A DNA stretch of 63,144 nt, the filler included. It is 5 parts of 5 records of this genome, joined end to end, with 100 filler letters (N's around TTAATTAATTAA, not from the genome) between each part and the next. Parts side by side here need not be neighbours in the genome. Positions count along the whole stretch, not along the records: positions 25,250 to 49,114 come from SRR22947725_4919; 4 more parts are not named here. One strand, given 5' to 3'. The notes beneath the pieces were generated by a model. That model saw only the letters and a program-made list of their open reading frames with translations. It searched no databases and was not told the DNA's origin. A program made the translations under genes and the position numbers. Positions 31,392-42,010 of this stretch are shown here, piece after piece. The first letter of the stretch is position 1. Each line of letters starts with the position of its first letter.

Positions 31392-32606
31392 TTATTGCAG
31401 TAGTGTTAGCACAGTCTGCTTGGACTGGTTAGCTTGCGCAAGCATTGCCGAGGCCGCTTGAGCTAAGATTTGATGTTTCGCCAAGACTGTGGTTTCAACT
31501 GCAAAATCTGCATCAGTGATGCGGCCCCTTGCAATTTCAATATTCATTGCAGCTTCAGTTACGCTGTTGATTGAATATTGCATCCGATTTTGCAATGCAC
31601 CCAATTTAGCTTGGTTGGCACCCATCTCAACTAGTGCTTTATCAAGCATTTCAATTGACCGTGTAATATTAGACTCAGACGTAAGATCAACATTGCTTAT
31701 ATTCTTTTCTGCTATTGCTGAGACAGTAAGATGGACAACTTCAACATGCGCTGCACCACCATTTCTTGGGGTGTAAGTCACCTCAATGTCATAAACCCCA
31801 TCCCCGGCCGTTGACCCATTTCCATTTGTATCTGTGGCAGCGCCAGCATCCAATGCCGCTTTACTTGTAATTTTTCCTGTTTTCGGGTCGATATTAAAAA
31901 GAGTGTTGTCGCCACCGGTTGATCCAGTTGTGGTCAACGAAAAAACACCAAGCCCATCATTTTTAAAAGCATCTTTGAACGCGGTACTAAAAAGAGAGGT
32001 GTCTACCGAAACCTCGGTTGACTCAGCAGCGGTAACTTCCTGATCAGTTGCTAAATCATTTCCTCCATCAACTGCTTTTTCAGTTGCGAACATTCCAATC
32101 TTAGCCATTGATGTTGTTGCCGTATTATTGATTGCTACATTGATAACTTCCGCATTTGTGTTGCCGGCCCTTATTTCTTTGTTGTACGTGCCGTCAAGCA
32201 AATTTAGCCCATTAAACTTTGTTGTTTCAGTAATTTTATCGATTTGCTGGAGCAAAGCGTTAACTTCCATCTGAGCATTGTCACGATCTTTTGGTGTGTA
32301 AACGTGGTTATGCATTTGGACTGCAAGCTCACGCATACGAAGGAGCATAGAATTGATCTCATTCATGCTTCCTTCGGCTGTTTGGACAAGAGAAATGCCG
32401 TCTTTTGTATTCCTTATAGCCATCTTCATGCCGAGCACCTGACTGGTCATCTTGCTTGCAACAGCAAGCCCAGCGGCGTCGTCTGAGGCGCTATTAATGC
32501 GCCTCCCTGATGAAAGGCGTTCAAGCGCCTTATTAACAAAGAGTTCAGCTTTTGCGGAATAATGCCGTGCGTTTAACGCACCTATATTGGTGTTGATAAC
32601 GGTCAT
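31392..32606 (-). CDS. fliC: Flagellin with cadherin-like central insert
   Basis: Flagellin termini; GGDNTLFNIDPKTGKITSKAALD...DGVYDIEVT. Confidence 0.93.
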   Translation of the reverse strand: MTVINTNIGALNARHYSAKAELFVNKALERLSSGRRINSASDDAAGLAVASKMTSQVLGMKMAIRNTKDGISLVQTAEGSMNEINSMLLRMRELAVQMHNHVYTPKDRDNAQMEVNALLQQIDKITETTKFNGLNLLDGTYNKEIRAGNTNAEVINVAINNTATTSMAKIGMFATEKAVDGGNDLATDQEVTAAESTEVSVDTSLFSTAFKDAFKNDGLGVFSLTTTGSTGGDNTLFNIDPKTGKITSKAALDAGAATDTNGNGSTAGDGVYDIEVTYTPRNGGAAHVEVVHLTVSAIAEKNISNVDLTSESNITRSIEMLDKALVEMGANQAKLGALQNRMQYSINSVTEAAMNIEIARGRITDADFAVETTVLAKHQILAQAASAMLAQANQSKQTVLTLLQ

Positions 32607-32658
32607 CTCTATGTCCTCACTTAGATTGACGCGCCGAATATTCTCGGCTTCAAGTGAG

Positions 32659-32685
32659 GGAACGACCCAGGTTTAAAAAAGTTAG
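32659..32685 (-). promoter_or_regulatory. Sigma28-like promoter
   Basis: CTAA-N15-GTCGTTCC. Confidence 0.55.
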
Positions 32686-32721
32686 AAAATAAATAAATTA
32701 ATTATTTATTACGATTTTGAA

Positions 32722-32752
32722 CAAAAAAAATTGGACAAAAATTTGTCCAATT
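32722..32752 (-). terminator. Intrinsic terminator after flgL
   Basis: TTGGACAAA/TTTGTCCAA inverted repeat followed by a T-run on the minus strand. Confidence 0.7.
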
Positions 32753-32795
32753 GGTTACTGAGCAAAACCTTTAGTTTTGAAAATTCTTATTTGAG

Positions 32796-34085
32796 CTACC
32801 GCAGATAATCAAACAAACTTTGCTGACCAATTTTACTGAATGCCGCCTGAGCCGCCTCCAGATTTGTCATTTGCCCCTGCAGTTTTGTAATCATCTCTGC
32901 GAGGTCAGTATCATTCAATTTTGAAACATCTCGATCAACGACGAGCTTCCTACCCTCAAGCACGTCTTTTTGCATTCCATTTTTGCTCATCTGCGAGGCT
33001 ATCAAACTTCTTTTGGCCGAGATGGAGTCCATAGCTGCATTCATTGAACTGATATTATAGGCAATCAATTGATCACGGTCTGTCAACTTCACCGTTGGCC
33101 CTATGGCAGCTAGAGACCCATCAAGTTTTGTAAATTCAACGTATGATGTTAATCTTTCGGATGCGCTATCCTGTCCAGATATGGAAATATCCTCGATCTT
33201 AATTTCACCCTCAGTGATGTCAGTCAATATCATATCGCCCGTCGCTGCATCTATTGCCGCAGAAACTGAGGTCTGGCTGGTGAATCTATTGATTTCCGTA
33301 ACCATTGCCCCAAGGTTGTCCCTAGCTACCTCTGCAGTAATCTGAGCTGCACCCGCATTTCCCGATAAGGTGAATGACCATGTTTCTGTTTTAGATGGCA
33401 ACGTGAAATCAAGCCGCGTTTTGTTGCCACCGGTTGCCTGACCCTTAATTTGGGCCCCCGTTTCGATTGAATTCATGGCTGATTGAATGACTTCAAAGAC
33501 TGAACGACGACCATTTGGCGTCTCCACTCTCATGAATGCGGACCCACCGTCAATTCCAGTTAGAGTCGTAAGACTCTCAGAGATCTGCACAGAATGTTGC
33601 CCGCGGTCTCCATTGTAAGCGACTGTTCCATCCACATTTCTTGTAAAGGGCACGTCAACAGAGCTTCTGCCTGCAAATAAAGGCCTGCCCATGCTATCCG
33701 TAGTATTTGCCAAACCAAGTGCGACCTCGGAAAGTTGTTTCAACTCGTTTAAAATTGCTTGGTGGCCAAACCCATCATACACGCCATTGCCAGCTGTTGC
33801 AGTCAGTTCCGTCATTCGTGTCAAAACTGTTGTCATTTCATCAAGGGTCTTGTCACTGAGGTCGAGCCGCATGTTTGCTAAATCTGAATTTTTCGAGAAT
33901 TGTTCAATTAGTGTTCGCTGCTCCCTAGCAGCGGATAAGTTAACCGCGCCCATTGGGTCATCAGAAGCCCGGTTTATCTTGTTTCCAGACGCAATTTTTT
34001 CCTGAATGCCCTGCATGTCAGAGCGCATGCTTTGAAACGCTCTTACCTGCTGTTCGTTAAATAATTTGTTGCTTACACGCATCAC
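32796..34085 (-). CDS. flgL: Flagellar hook-associated protein 3
   Basis: SGNKINRASDDP, ANTTDSMGRPLFAG, C-terminal SLFDYL. Confidence 0.93.
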   Translation of the reverse strand: MMRVSNKLFNEQQVRAFQSMRSDMQGIQEKIASGNKINRASDDPMGAVNLSAAREQRTLIEQFSKNSDLANMRLDLSDKTLDEMTTVLTRMTELTATAGNGVYDGFGHQAILNELKQLSEVALGLANTTDSMGRPLFAGRSSVDVPFTRNVDGTVAYNGDRGQHSVQISESLTTLTGIDGGSAFMRVETPNGRRSVFEVIQSAMNSIETGAQIKGQATGGNKTRLDFTLPSKTETWSFTLSGNAGAAQITAEVARDNLGAMVTEINRFTSQTSVSAAIDAATGDMILTDITEGEIKIEDISISGQDSASERLTSYVEFTKLDGSLAAIGPTVKLTDRDQLIAYNISSMNAAMDSISAKRSLIASQMSKNGMQKDVLEGRKLVVDRDVSKLNDTDLAEMITKLQGQMTNLEAAQAAFSKIGQQSLFDYLR

Positions 34086-34091
34086 TATTTC

Positions 34092-37000
34092 CTAGATAAC
34101 GTCCATTAATGACTGAAAAAGCTCCCTAGCCGTGGTAAGAATTCTCGCCGACGCTTGGTAGGCCTGCTGAAATTCCAACAAAGAGGCCGCTTCCTCGTCA
34201 AGATTAACGCCTGAGAATTCAGCTTCAGCCTCCTCAGCAGCGTTTCTGCTCGCCTCAGCAGACTGAAGTGCGATCTCTCCCGATTGCACAGTTACTCCAA
34301 GTTCAGCAACTATCGTGCCAAAAACCTTTTGGAACCCCCCAGAATTTGAACCATTCACGTCAGCAAATTGTAAATTGAGGATTTTCTCAAGATTGCGAGA
34401 GTCTCCGCCACCATTAGAATTCTTTTTGATAACAAATTCGTCATTGAGCTCCGCATTTCCTTGCATGGTGAACTCAATATTCTCAAAAATTGCGCTTTTA
34501 TTTTGTAATACTCTATTTGCGATTGAATGACCTGTTTCAGCGTCAAAAACCTCAATGAGAGATCCTGCTTCGTTCAAAACCCTAATTTTAAGCTCATCAA
34601 CATCGACTTGAGGTGCGGGTTCATCAAACACCCCACCGAGAGATTGAGCACCAGTTCCAGTGAATATCACTAGCAAATCTTCATGTGGCATATTGGTCAA
34701 TGCAATCGTTGATCCAGCCAGGCTCGTTGCATTTGCGTCAACACGGAATGCAACCCCATCATTTGCTTGCACCTCGATCTTGTTATTGACAAGGCTGACA
34801 GTGTGGTCAGTGACTTTAAAGCCCAGCCGGTCCGAGGGCTTCTCAAGAACAAGATCAGACGACGATGCATCGTATTCAAAAACTAATCGGCCAGTCGTCG
34901 CTGTGGCATTCTCCCAACGCGCAACCAAACCCGTTGTCGCCGGTGTGACAGTCACAGTCCCATTTGAGGCTAAAGAAACAGCAATGTTGTTACCGCCAAA
35001 ATTCATATTTAGTGGCAGCATTCCACTGGCAAGTGTTACAAGTGAGCCAGTTAATCTAGTCGTGCTGCTGTTCAAACCAAAAGAGGACGCATTAGCAGCA
35101 TTACCAGATACCACTGTATCTGGAGTAACAGCTATGATCGCGCCTGACAGGGCACCTCCTCCAAATATCTGGAGCTCATTATTTGCATCAAAATAGGCTG
35201 TAAGCCGTCCAGGCTCCCCGCCATTTACGACAATTTCTCCATTTTCCATCAAGAGCGTATAATTATTACCCTCAAAGGTTACTGAAACGGATGTGCCGTC
35301 AGCTGGAAAGGCTCTCGAATTTGAGGTCGAAACCAGGCTCAGAGATCCCTGCGACCCTGAATTTGCGGCGTCATTAAATTGAAAGCTGTCAACCGTAAAT
35401 GGTTTACCCGTTATTGCACCTGTTAAGATCAGTTGCTCGACTCCGCCAACGACTGCTGTAGTTGCCACAACTCCAAGCTCAGCGGCGTTCACAGCGTTCA
35501 TAATTGCTGTTGTTACATGGCCGGCAGTTGTTGCTGCTGTGTTGCTACCATCGATATTAGTCAAATCCACCGCAACGGATGTACCGTTGATTTTCATTGT
35601 CACCGTATCGGCGCTGGATTGGATTGCTTCCGAACCCACAAACCCGTAGGTCGTGACTTGTTTTGATGCCGCAGCAATATTGCCCGACACAGATGACAAA
35701 GGTGCTTGTTTGCGCAATTCATCAACAATCGCGTGATTAACCCCGGCCTTGCTCAGCGGTGTTACGGAGCTTGCCATAACAGAAGCCGAAAAATTAACTG
35801 CAGATGTATCTGTTGGGATGCTGATCTGGTAAGTGGCCATAGATGCAACTGCAGAGCCACCATCAATCGATGAGACGCTCGGATCAATATCAGCATTAAC
35901 TTCAAAATCAATTGTCTTAATATCGCCAGTTAAATTACTCTCTATTTTTGCAAACCCGCCAAGGTTTTGATCCTGCGCTGCGACCTTCACTTTTAATGGC
36001 GATGTAAGAGTGAAAGACTCACTGGCAGAAAAAACCAGATGACCAGAAAGCCTAGCATTGGCAATTCGATTAACCCCAGCGCCACTGCCCATGGCAACCA
36101 CACCATCTGCTGCAATACCAGCAACAGTAATAGTCAAGTCATTTACACCATCAACGCCACCTAAAGCAGAACCTTGGATCAACATGGTATCATTAATTTG
36201 GTATCCATTCCCTGGCTGGTTGAGGGCAACTGTCAACGTACCATTTACCAGTGTCACGTCAAACGATGCATCCTTGCCACCGCCTACAACGTTCGTCGCG
36301 GTTAAGGTGGTCGTCGCTAAATTTATGGTTCCAAATGAACCCGCAGTTGTAACTGTCGCAATCGGAGTGATTGAAGAAACACCGTCCTCATCAACGATTC
36401 TTGCAGAAAATGGTTGGCTTGTTTCACTTAAATTACTGAAGACGATATCTTCACCAAAGTCACTTTTTAGAATGATGCGAGACTTGTCCTTGGATAAATG
36501 AGCTGAAACTTTTGTGTCATCCGAAACCTGATTAAATTCAGATGCTAAATTTGTGAGGTCAGACGCAGTCACATCAGCTGTAATTCTAACTGGCATTCTA
36601 TTTTCTGACTCAAATTCAAAGTCAAGGGTTCCAGACGAAAAATCAAATAGTTCAGTTACAAGTTTTGCCTCAGCTTTCAGGCCCATTTTGGTAAATGCTA
36701 GGTTGGCATCTTTTGCTACCTGCTTTGCAGATGATCCCTGTTTAACAGGAATTGAGGCAGTTTCACCATTGGTCATAACCAAAGATAGCGTATGTGCTGC
36801 AGTATCATTAATAGGAACAGATGAAGCACTGCCAACTGAGCGAGCGTAAACACCATTACTCCCACTATCAACACGATAAAGGCCGCCAGTTCGGCTTACA
36901 TCTAACCCCATTCCCCGATATGCGTCTTTTTCACCATTCAGATATTCTGCACGGTAGGTCGCATTTGCAGAGAAACCATTTTTTTCGTTGAGGAGGTTAG

Positions 37001-38954
37001 TTATATTTTCTTGAGTTAGTGAGCCACCAGCAATATGGCGCCCTTCACGCGTAAAAATTTGCAAGTCAGATGCACTCACAGAATTCTTCACAATTGCCTC
37101 AATACTTCCCACGCCTGCGGAGATTGAAGGTATTCCACTCCCAGTTGAAACAAAGTTTCCACTGCTTGTCGCAAAAGTCAGGTTGCCCTCTTTGCCAGAG
37201 GCATGGACACCAAGGTCAGCAAGAGATAAATTTGACGCGCTCCTCAAAACTCCACTATTCAGGAGATTAGCAACCTCAGCAACACTCTCCCACACCGATG
37301 ATGAAGAAGAATTTGGATATGCGCTGCTATAACGGACATCGAAACTATGTAAATTATCGTCTGTTGACCCAACTCGCTTAAAAGACAGTTGCTGTAGATT
37401 ATTAATTACCAATCCCTGCAGTTGGAACTCTGCTGTTGCTTGCCTATTAAATGAGGCCATCTTTGCATTTGGCGTCCCAGCTGGTATCACCGCCGCCAAT
37501 CCTGAGGTGATAAAATTTGTAGCCTGAATGGGTGAAAGTGAATTCTTTAAGACCTTGGAAACATCAAGAGGCTCTTCTTTTTTAGTTTGGGTCAGAACCT
37601 CCGTATTAATTGTCGCATCGCTGGTGTTTTTTGTGGAGGGCTCAACAGTTAATAATCCCGACGCAGCAAGTTCCTGTGGCTTGGCAAGCAAAAATTGAAT
37701 GTTTGTAGCCGCTGACACTGCACGCTTAACTTCAAAAAAATCTCCATTACGGGGTGTCCCAGTAATGTCAATTGTAAACCCATCACCCTTTAACTGATCC
37801 CGACCCGATATTGGCCCAGAAAGCCCGTCTCCACGGAGTGTCCATAATTCTGTTGATTTATCAAATTGCGCTGTCAGTGGCCCTGCTGGCAAGTCCAGCG
37901 GTTTAGTTACATTAACCTCTAATTTTAAATCTGCGCTTGCAGATGGACTTAATTCAGCATCCAAGCCAAATGTTGAAAACATAGGCTGTCCCGGTCTCCC
38001 ATTAAGATCAGTGCCACGACTATGTTGAGTGTTAATTTCGCTTGATACTAAGAAGGCTAAGTTATCCACATCACTCTTAATTTCCTCAACAAGCGAATAT
38101 GAGTCTATTGCACCAGCCAAAAGCCCACCTTCAACTTGACTGGTTGGACGCAAGATTGCGCCCTGTCCGACAGTTACCTGAATTTTAGCAAAGGATTGAG
38201 TGTAACCAATCGCACTGTAATTAGTGCCGTCGACGAGTTGTGGGCCCATTCCGCTTGACCCTAGACTAACTTTGGCAGCGCCAAGACCTGAATAACTTGC
38301 GGTCAATGTTGCAAGAGACGACATTTCACTTATAGTCTTATCCCGAAGGTCTAAAAGAGAATTGGGTGTCTGGCCACTTTGCCCCGAAGATAATATTTGT
38401 GAATTTATTGATGCCAGCTCTTTTGTTAAAAGTGACAACTCTTTAACGCCCGCTTCGGTTTGCCCAACAGTGGCAGCCTGAAATTGGTCAAGCTGTTCTG
38501 CTAGGCTGTTAAACGATGCAACAAGTGATTTACCAACCTCAATAGCGACAGTCCGTGACGCTATATCTGTAGGTGATGCAGCAACATCAGCCAGAGATGA
38601 GAAGAAACGACCAATTTGGTCGTTTAGCCCGCCCTTACTCGGAAGTAAGGTATCTTCCAGCTTCGTCAGATTGTTAAGAAAAACATTGATTTTTTGATAG
38701 CTTGAATTAGTCGCATTAGACCTATCCAGCAGAAATCCGTCAAAAGCACGACGAATATCAGCAACCCGAACACCCAGCCCTGATTGATTAGCGAGGCTGG
38801 TGATGCCGCCTTGACTGCCTGAAACCTCCTGCAGATCAGCTTCTCGGCGCTTATAGCCTTCAGTGTTTATGTTGGCTATGTTTTGTCCAGTTACCGCCAG
38901 GGACTGTCGATAACTTTGGATTCCACTTTTGCCAACATCAAATAAACTAGACAT
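34092..38954 (-). CDS. flgK: Flagellar hook-associated protein 1, enlarged (1620 aa)
   Basis: TGQNIANINTEGY, LLDLRD, SGVNLDEEAASLLEFQQAYQASA. Confidence 0.94.
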   Translation of the reverse strand: MSSLFDVGKSGIQSYRQSLAVTGQNIANINTEGYKRREADLQEVSGSQGGITSLANQSGLGVRVADIRRAFDGFLLDRSNATNSSYQKINVFLNNLTKLEDTLLPSKGGLNDQIGRFFSSLADVAASPTDIASRTVAIEVGKSLVASFNSLAEQLDQFQAATVGQTEAGVKELSLLTKELASINSQILSSGQSGQTPNSLLDLRDKTISEMSSLATLTASYSGLGAAKVSLGSSGMGPQLVDGTNYSAIGYTQSFAKIQVTVGQGAILRPTSQVEGGLLAGAIDSYSLVEEIKSDVDNLAFLVSSEINTQHSRGTDLNGRPGQPMFSTFGLDAELSPSASADLKLEVNVTKPLDLPAGPLTAQFDKSTELWTLRGDGLSGPISGRDQLKGDGFTIDITGTPRNGDFFEVKRAVSAATNIQFLLAKPQELAASGLLTVEPSTKNTSDATINTEVLTQTKKEEPLDVSKVLKNSLSPIQATNFITSGLAAVIPAGTPNAKMASFNRQATAEFQLQGLVINNLQQLSFKRVGSTDDNLHSFDVRYSSAYPNSSSSSVWESVAEVANLLNSGVLRSASNLSLADLGVHASGKEGNLTFATSSGNFVSTGSGIPSISAGVGSIEAIVKNSVSASDLQIFTREGRHIAGGSLTQENITNLLNEKNGFSANATYRAEYLNGEKDAYRGMGLDVSRTGGLYRVDSGSNGVYARSVGSASSVPINDTAAHTLSLVMTNGETASIPVKQGSSAKQVAKDANLAFTKMGLKAEAKLVTELFDFSSGTLDFEFESENRMPVRITADVTASDLTNLASEFNQVSDDTKVSAHLSKDKSRIILKSDFGEDIVFSNLSETSQPFSARIVDEDGVSSITPIATVTTAGSFGTINLATTTLTATNVVGGGKDASFDVTLVNGTLTVALNQPGNGYQINDTMLIQGSALGGVDGVNDLTITVAGIAADGVVAMGSGAGVNRIANARLSGHLVFSASESFTLTSPLKVKVAAQDQNLGGFAKIESNLTGDIKTIDFEVNADIDPSVSSIDGGSAVASMATYQISIPTDTSAVNFSASVMASSVTPLSKAGVNHAIVDELRKQAPLSSVSGNIAAASKQVTTYGFVGSEAIQSSADTVTMKINGTSVAVDLTNIDGSNTAATTAGHVTTAIMNAVNAAELGVVATTAVVGGVEQLILTGAITGKPFTVDSFQFNDAANSGSQGSLSLVSTSNSRAFPADGTSVSVTFEGNNYTLLMENGEIVVNGGEPGRLTAYFDANNELQIFGGGALSGAIIAVTPDTVVSGNAANASSFGLNSSTTRLTGSLVTLASGMLPLNMNFGGNNIAVSLASNGTVTVTPATTGLVARWENATATTGRLVFEYDASSSDLVLEKPSDRLGFKVTDHTVSLVNNKIEVQANDGVAFRVDANATSLAGSTIALTNMPHEDLLVIFTGTGAQSLGGVFDEPAPQVDVDELKIRVLNEAGSLIEVFDAETGHSIANRVLQNKSAIFENIEFTMQGNAELNDEFVIKKNSNGGGDSRNLEKILNLQFADVNGSNSGGFQKVFGTIVAELGVTVQSGEIALQSAEASRNAAEEAEAEFSGVNLDEEAASLLEFQQAYQASARILTTARELFQSLMDVI

Positions 38955-38967
38955 GCTGATCTACCGC

Positions 38968-39270
38968 CTATTTGCCAGTAACAGCTGGAGCCAAGTGCCC
39001 AAACTGGGATATCAATGCTTCGGCGATACCTAAATTGACAGTTTTCGCCATTTGCGTTGCACGTTCCTGGTCAAGCATACCTTGATATGTGTCCCCAGCC
39101 TCACTACCCAAAATGTCGTCAGCGAGTTTTGCTGATCGGCCTTGCTTCATAATCTGCTGGATAAACAGAGCTTCAAATTGCTCAGCAACGTCATGGAGGT
39201 CACTTGAAACTTGACGTTTTTCAATTAACGAGGCTGCTAGCTCAGGGCCTACTGTGGTGAGAGCTTCCAA
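38968..39270 (-). CDS. flgJ: Single-domain FlgJ (rod-binding, no muramidase)
   Basis: AEQFEALFIQQIMK...YQGMLDQE...LGIAEAL; 100 aa. Confidence 0.88.
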   Translation of the reverse strand: MEALTTVGPELAASLIEKRQVSSDLHDVAEQFEALFIQQIMKQGRSAKLADDILGSEAGDTYQGMLDQERATQMAKTVNLGIAEALISQFGHLAPAVTGK

Positions 39271-39281
39271 TTTCGTACCTC

Positions 39282-40424
39282 CTATATAATTATGAGCTCG
39301 GCGCGAAGCGAGCCGGCTTCCCGTAAAGCCTCTAAAATCGCGACTAGATCAGACGGTGTTCCACCAACGGCATTTAAAGCATCGACTATGGAAGACAGCT
39401 TAACGCCTGGATCAAATACAAAAGCCTTTGCTAATTCTTCTTCAGCCTCAATTGCTGTGTCAGGTGTAGCCACAGCTTCGCCTGGCACAGTTGCCGCCAC
39501 GCCGTCTGCTAAAGCTAGTCCCTGCGTTTGCGTTACTTGTTGATCTTCATTAACTCTCACCGTTAGGGAACCGTGTGTTACCGCCGCAGGCAAAATCCTC
39601 ACATCACCACCAATAACGATGGTGCCGGTTCGAGCATTTACCACAACTTTTGCGCGAGGCCTGTCTGGGGTCACCTGAATGTTTTCCAACAAGCTCACAA
39701 ATGAAACTTTTTCTGCTGGATTAATTGGCGCCCTTACTTTGATTGATGTTGAGTCTAAAGCGGTTGCAACGCCAGCGCCAAAAACGTCATTGATAGCCTC
39801 AGCAACGCGACCACTGGTGCTAAAATCACCTTGATGGAGGTTAAGCAAAATATTTTCATTCTCTAAAAATGACGTTTCAATCATTCGCTCAACGGAACCA
39901 CCGCCTGGTATGCGACCAACCGTCGGCACATTTACCGTCAAAGATGATCCATCACCGCCAGTGACACCAAGCCCGCCAACCATCAAATTACCTTGAGCTA
40001 TTGCATACGTCTCACCATCCGCGCCAAGTAAAGGGGTCATTAAGAGAGTGCCACCGCGAAGAGATTTTGCTTGCCCAACGGTGGACACAACTACGTCAAG
40101 TTTCTGCCCAGGCTTAATGAACGGCGGCAGGTCAGCAGTAACAATGACTGACGCTGCATTTTTACCATTCATATTTGCGGCACTCGTAACCACGCCAAAT
40201 TGGCTGATCATTGACTGCATTGCTTGCTGTGTGAGAACAGCATTTCCATCGCCACTTCCTGCTAAACCAACCACAAGACCATAACCAACAAGCTGATTTG
40301 ATCTAACACCAGCGATTGAGGTCATATCTTTTAAACGGTCAGCTTTTGCAAAGCTCAACGATAGTGCCAAGCCAGAAAAAACAAGGATCCCTAATACAGA
40401 AACTCTATTAAGCAAGTTGATCAT
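39282..40424 (-). CDS. flgI: Flagellar P-ring protein
   Basis: [28 protein letters not shown]. Confidence 0.96.
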   Translation of the reverse strand: MINLLNRVSVLGILVFSGLALSLSFAKADRLKDMTSIAGVRSNQLVGYGLVVGLAGSGDGNAVLTQQAMQSMISQFGVVTSAANMNGKNAASVIVTADLPPFIKPGQKLDVVVSTVGQAKSLRGGTLLMTPLLGADGETYAIAQGNLMVGGLGVTGGDGSSLTVNVPTVGRIPGGGSVERMIETSFLENENILLNLHQGDFSTSGRVAEAINDVFGAGVATALDSTSIKVRAPINPAEKVSFVSLLENIQVTPDRPRAKVVVNARTGTIVIGGDVRILPAAVTHGSLTVRVNEDQQVTQTQGLALADGVAATVPGEAVATPDTAIEAEEELAKAFVFDPGVKLSSIVDALNAVGGTPSDLVAILEALREAGSLRAELIII

Positions 40425-40428
40425 CCCT

Positions 40429-41127
40429 CTAAAATGGAGAAACTGTTCGCATTAATTCACTGAGCCATCCTTGCTTTGAAGAGTCAGCAATTTGACCAGT
40501 CCCAGTATATCTAATTTGTGCATCAGCGAGCCTGTTCGATGAGATTATATTGGTCGCTGAGACGTCTTCAGGGCGAACGACACCCCTAACTCTGACATAC
40601 TCATTGCCATTGTTTAGGGTGAGTTCCTTTTGGCCTGCAATTTCCATATTGCCATTTTCAAAAACGCGTACAACGGTAACTGACAAAAGGCCGGAAAAAG
40701 AGTTAGACTGCACGGCATTACCCCCACCAGCAAAACTTTGCGTTGTTCCTGCTGACAACCCTGCGCCATTACCGCCCGCGTCTTTATCAAATCCACCAGT
40801 TAAAATATTTGGCAGACCCGTTGGAAGCGTAACACCAAAGTTGTCAGTTTTTGTTGAGCTAGCGGTTTGTGCTTTTGTGGCCGAATAGGTTTCATTGAAA
40901 CTGACTGTCAAAATATCACCAACACGTCGTGCGCGCTGATCTGTTGCAAAAAGCCCGTTCTGAGATGAATGAAAAATAGCTCCATTTGCAGGCTCAGACG
41001 ATGCCAGTGCAACAGGAGGGTCGACTGGTGTAAAAGCCTGCCCCTCTATATTTGAAACATAGGATGAGCAACCTGTTGTCATAAAAAACATGAAAATGGG
41101 GATATGTTTGAGAGTTGACAATTTCAT
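40429..41127 (-). CDS. flgH: Flagellar L-ring lipoprotein
   Basis: Lipobox-like [25 protein letters not shown]. Confidence 0.95.
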   Translation of the reverse strand: MKLSTLKHIPIFMFFMTTGCSSYVSNIEGQAFTPVDPPVALASSEPANGAIFHSSQNGLFATDQRARRVGDILTVSFNETYSATKAQTASSTKTDNFGVTLPTGLPNILTGGFDKDAGGNGAGLSAGTTQSFAGGGNAVQSNSFSGLLSVTVVRVFENGNMEIAGQKELTLNNGNEYVRVRGVVRPEDVSATNIISSNRLADAQIRYTGTGQIADSSKQGWLSELMRTVSPF

Positions 41128-41158
41128 TTAAAAAAACACCTTATTACAAAACAAAAGA

Positions 41159-41947
41159 TTAAATATTTTGAGCAATAAAGCGCATCATTTCATCAACTGA
41201 TGTAATTGTCTTTGAACTCACCTCATATGCACGCTGGGTTTCAATCATGTCTACAAGTTCTTGAACAACATTCACATTTGAACTTTCAAGTGACCCCTGG
41301 ACAACTCGTCCCATACCCTCAGCAAAGGGGTTTGCAATGATTGGCGCCCCACTCGCAGGGGTCTCAGTAAACATGCTCTCACCATTGGGCTGCAAGCCTT
41401 GCCGGTTTACAAAGTCTGCCAAGGTGATTTGGCCCACTTCTTGGGCATCGACATTACCTGGCGTTTGGACGGTCACAATACCATCTGAAGCAACCGTAAT
41501 CGTTGAAGTGTCTGCTGGGATTTGAATTTCAGGCTGAATAGGATAGCCGCTGGGAGTCACAACAGTGCCCTCTGAATTTCTCATGAAAGCTCCGCTCCGG
41601 GTGTAGCCAATTTGACCATCAGGCATCAGAATCTGGAAGAAGCCGTCACCTTCAATCGAAACATCAAGAGAATTGCCAGTATTTATGAGGCTGCCTTGCG
41701 AGTGCATTTTGCTCGTGTTTAAGAGGCGCGTTCCCGTTCCAACGGAGAGACCAGATGCGAGACTTGTATTCTCTGATGTATTCTCACCAGCACCCCGCAG
41801 AACCTGATAAAGTAATGACTCAAAATTTGTTCTATCTGATTTAAAACCAGTTGTATTCACGTTTGCAAGGTTGTTTGCAATAACTTGCATCTTGATTTGT
41901 TGTGAATTCAAGCCAGTTTTGGCAACGTGCATGGCAAAAGTAGACAT
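41159..41947 (-). CDS. flgG: Distal rod protein
   Basis: ATG 41947 with GGAG SD; ANNLANVNTTGFK, LESSNVNVVQELVDMIETQRAYE. Confidence 0.95.
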   Translation of the reverse strand: MSTFAMHVAKTGLNSQQIKMQVIANNLANVNTTGFKSDRTNFESLLYQVLRGAGENTSENTSLASGLSVGTGTRLLNTSKMHSQGSLINTGNSLDVSIEGDGFFQILMPDGQIGYTRSGAFMRNSEGTVVTPSGYPIQPEIQIPADTSTITVASDGIVTVQTPGNVDAQEVGQITLADFVNRQGLQPNGESMFTETPASGAPIIANPFAEGMGRVVQGSLESSNVNVVQELVDMIETQRAYEVSSKTITSVDEMMRFIAQNI

Positions 41948-41987
41948 TTGATTTATAGCTCCAGAGTTTAGGTTGGAGCTTATATTC

Positions 41988-42004
41988 AGCAATAATCATG
42001 CCAA
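41988..42004 (-). promoter_or_regulatory. Sigma54 promoter of the flgGHIJKL unit
   Basis: TTGGCATGATTATTGCT: GG-N10-GC. Confidence 0.85.
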
Positions 42005-42010
42005 CACGCT

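Noticed and set aside
32615-32659. CCTCACTT/AAGTGAGG stem sequestering the flagellin SD
   Set aside because: The 5' arm abuts the predicted -10 box and would lie mostly upstream of the transcription start, so it is unlikely to form in the mRNA.
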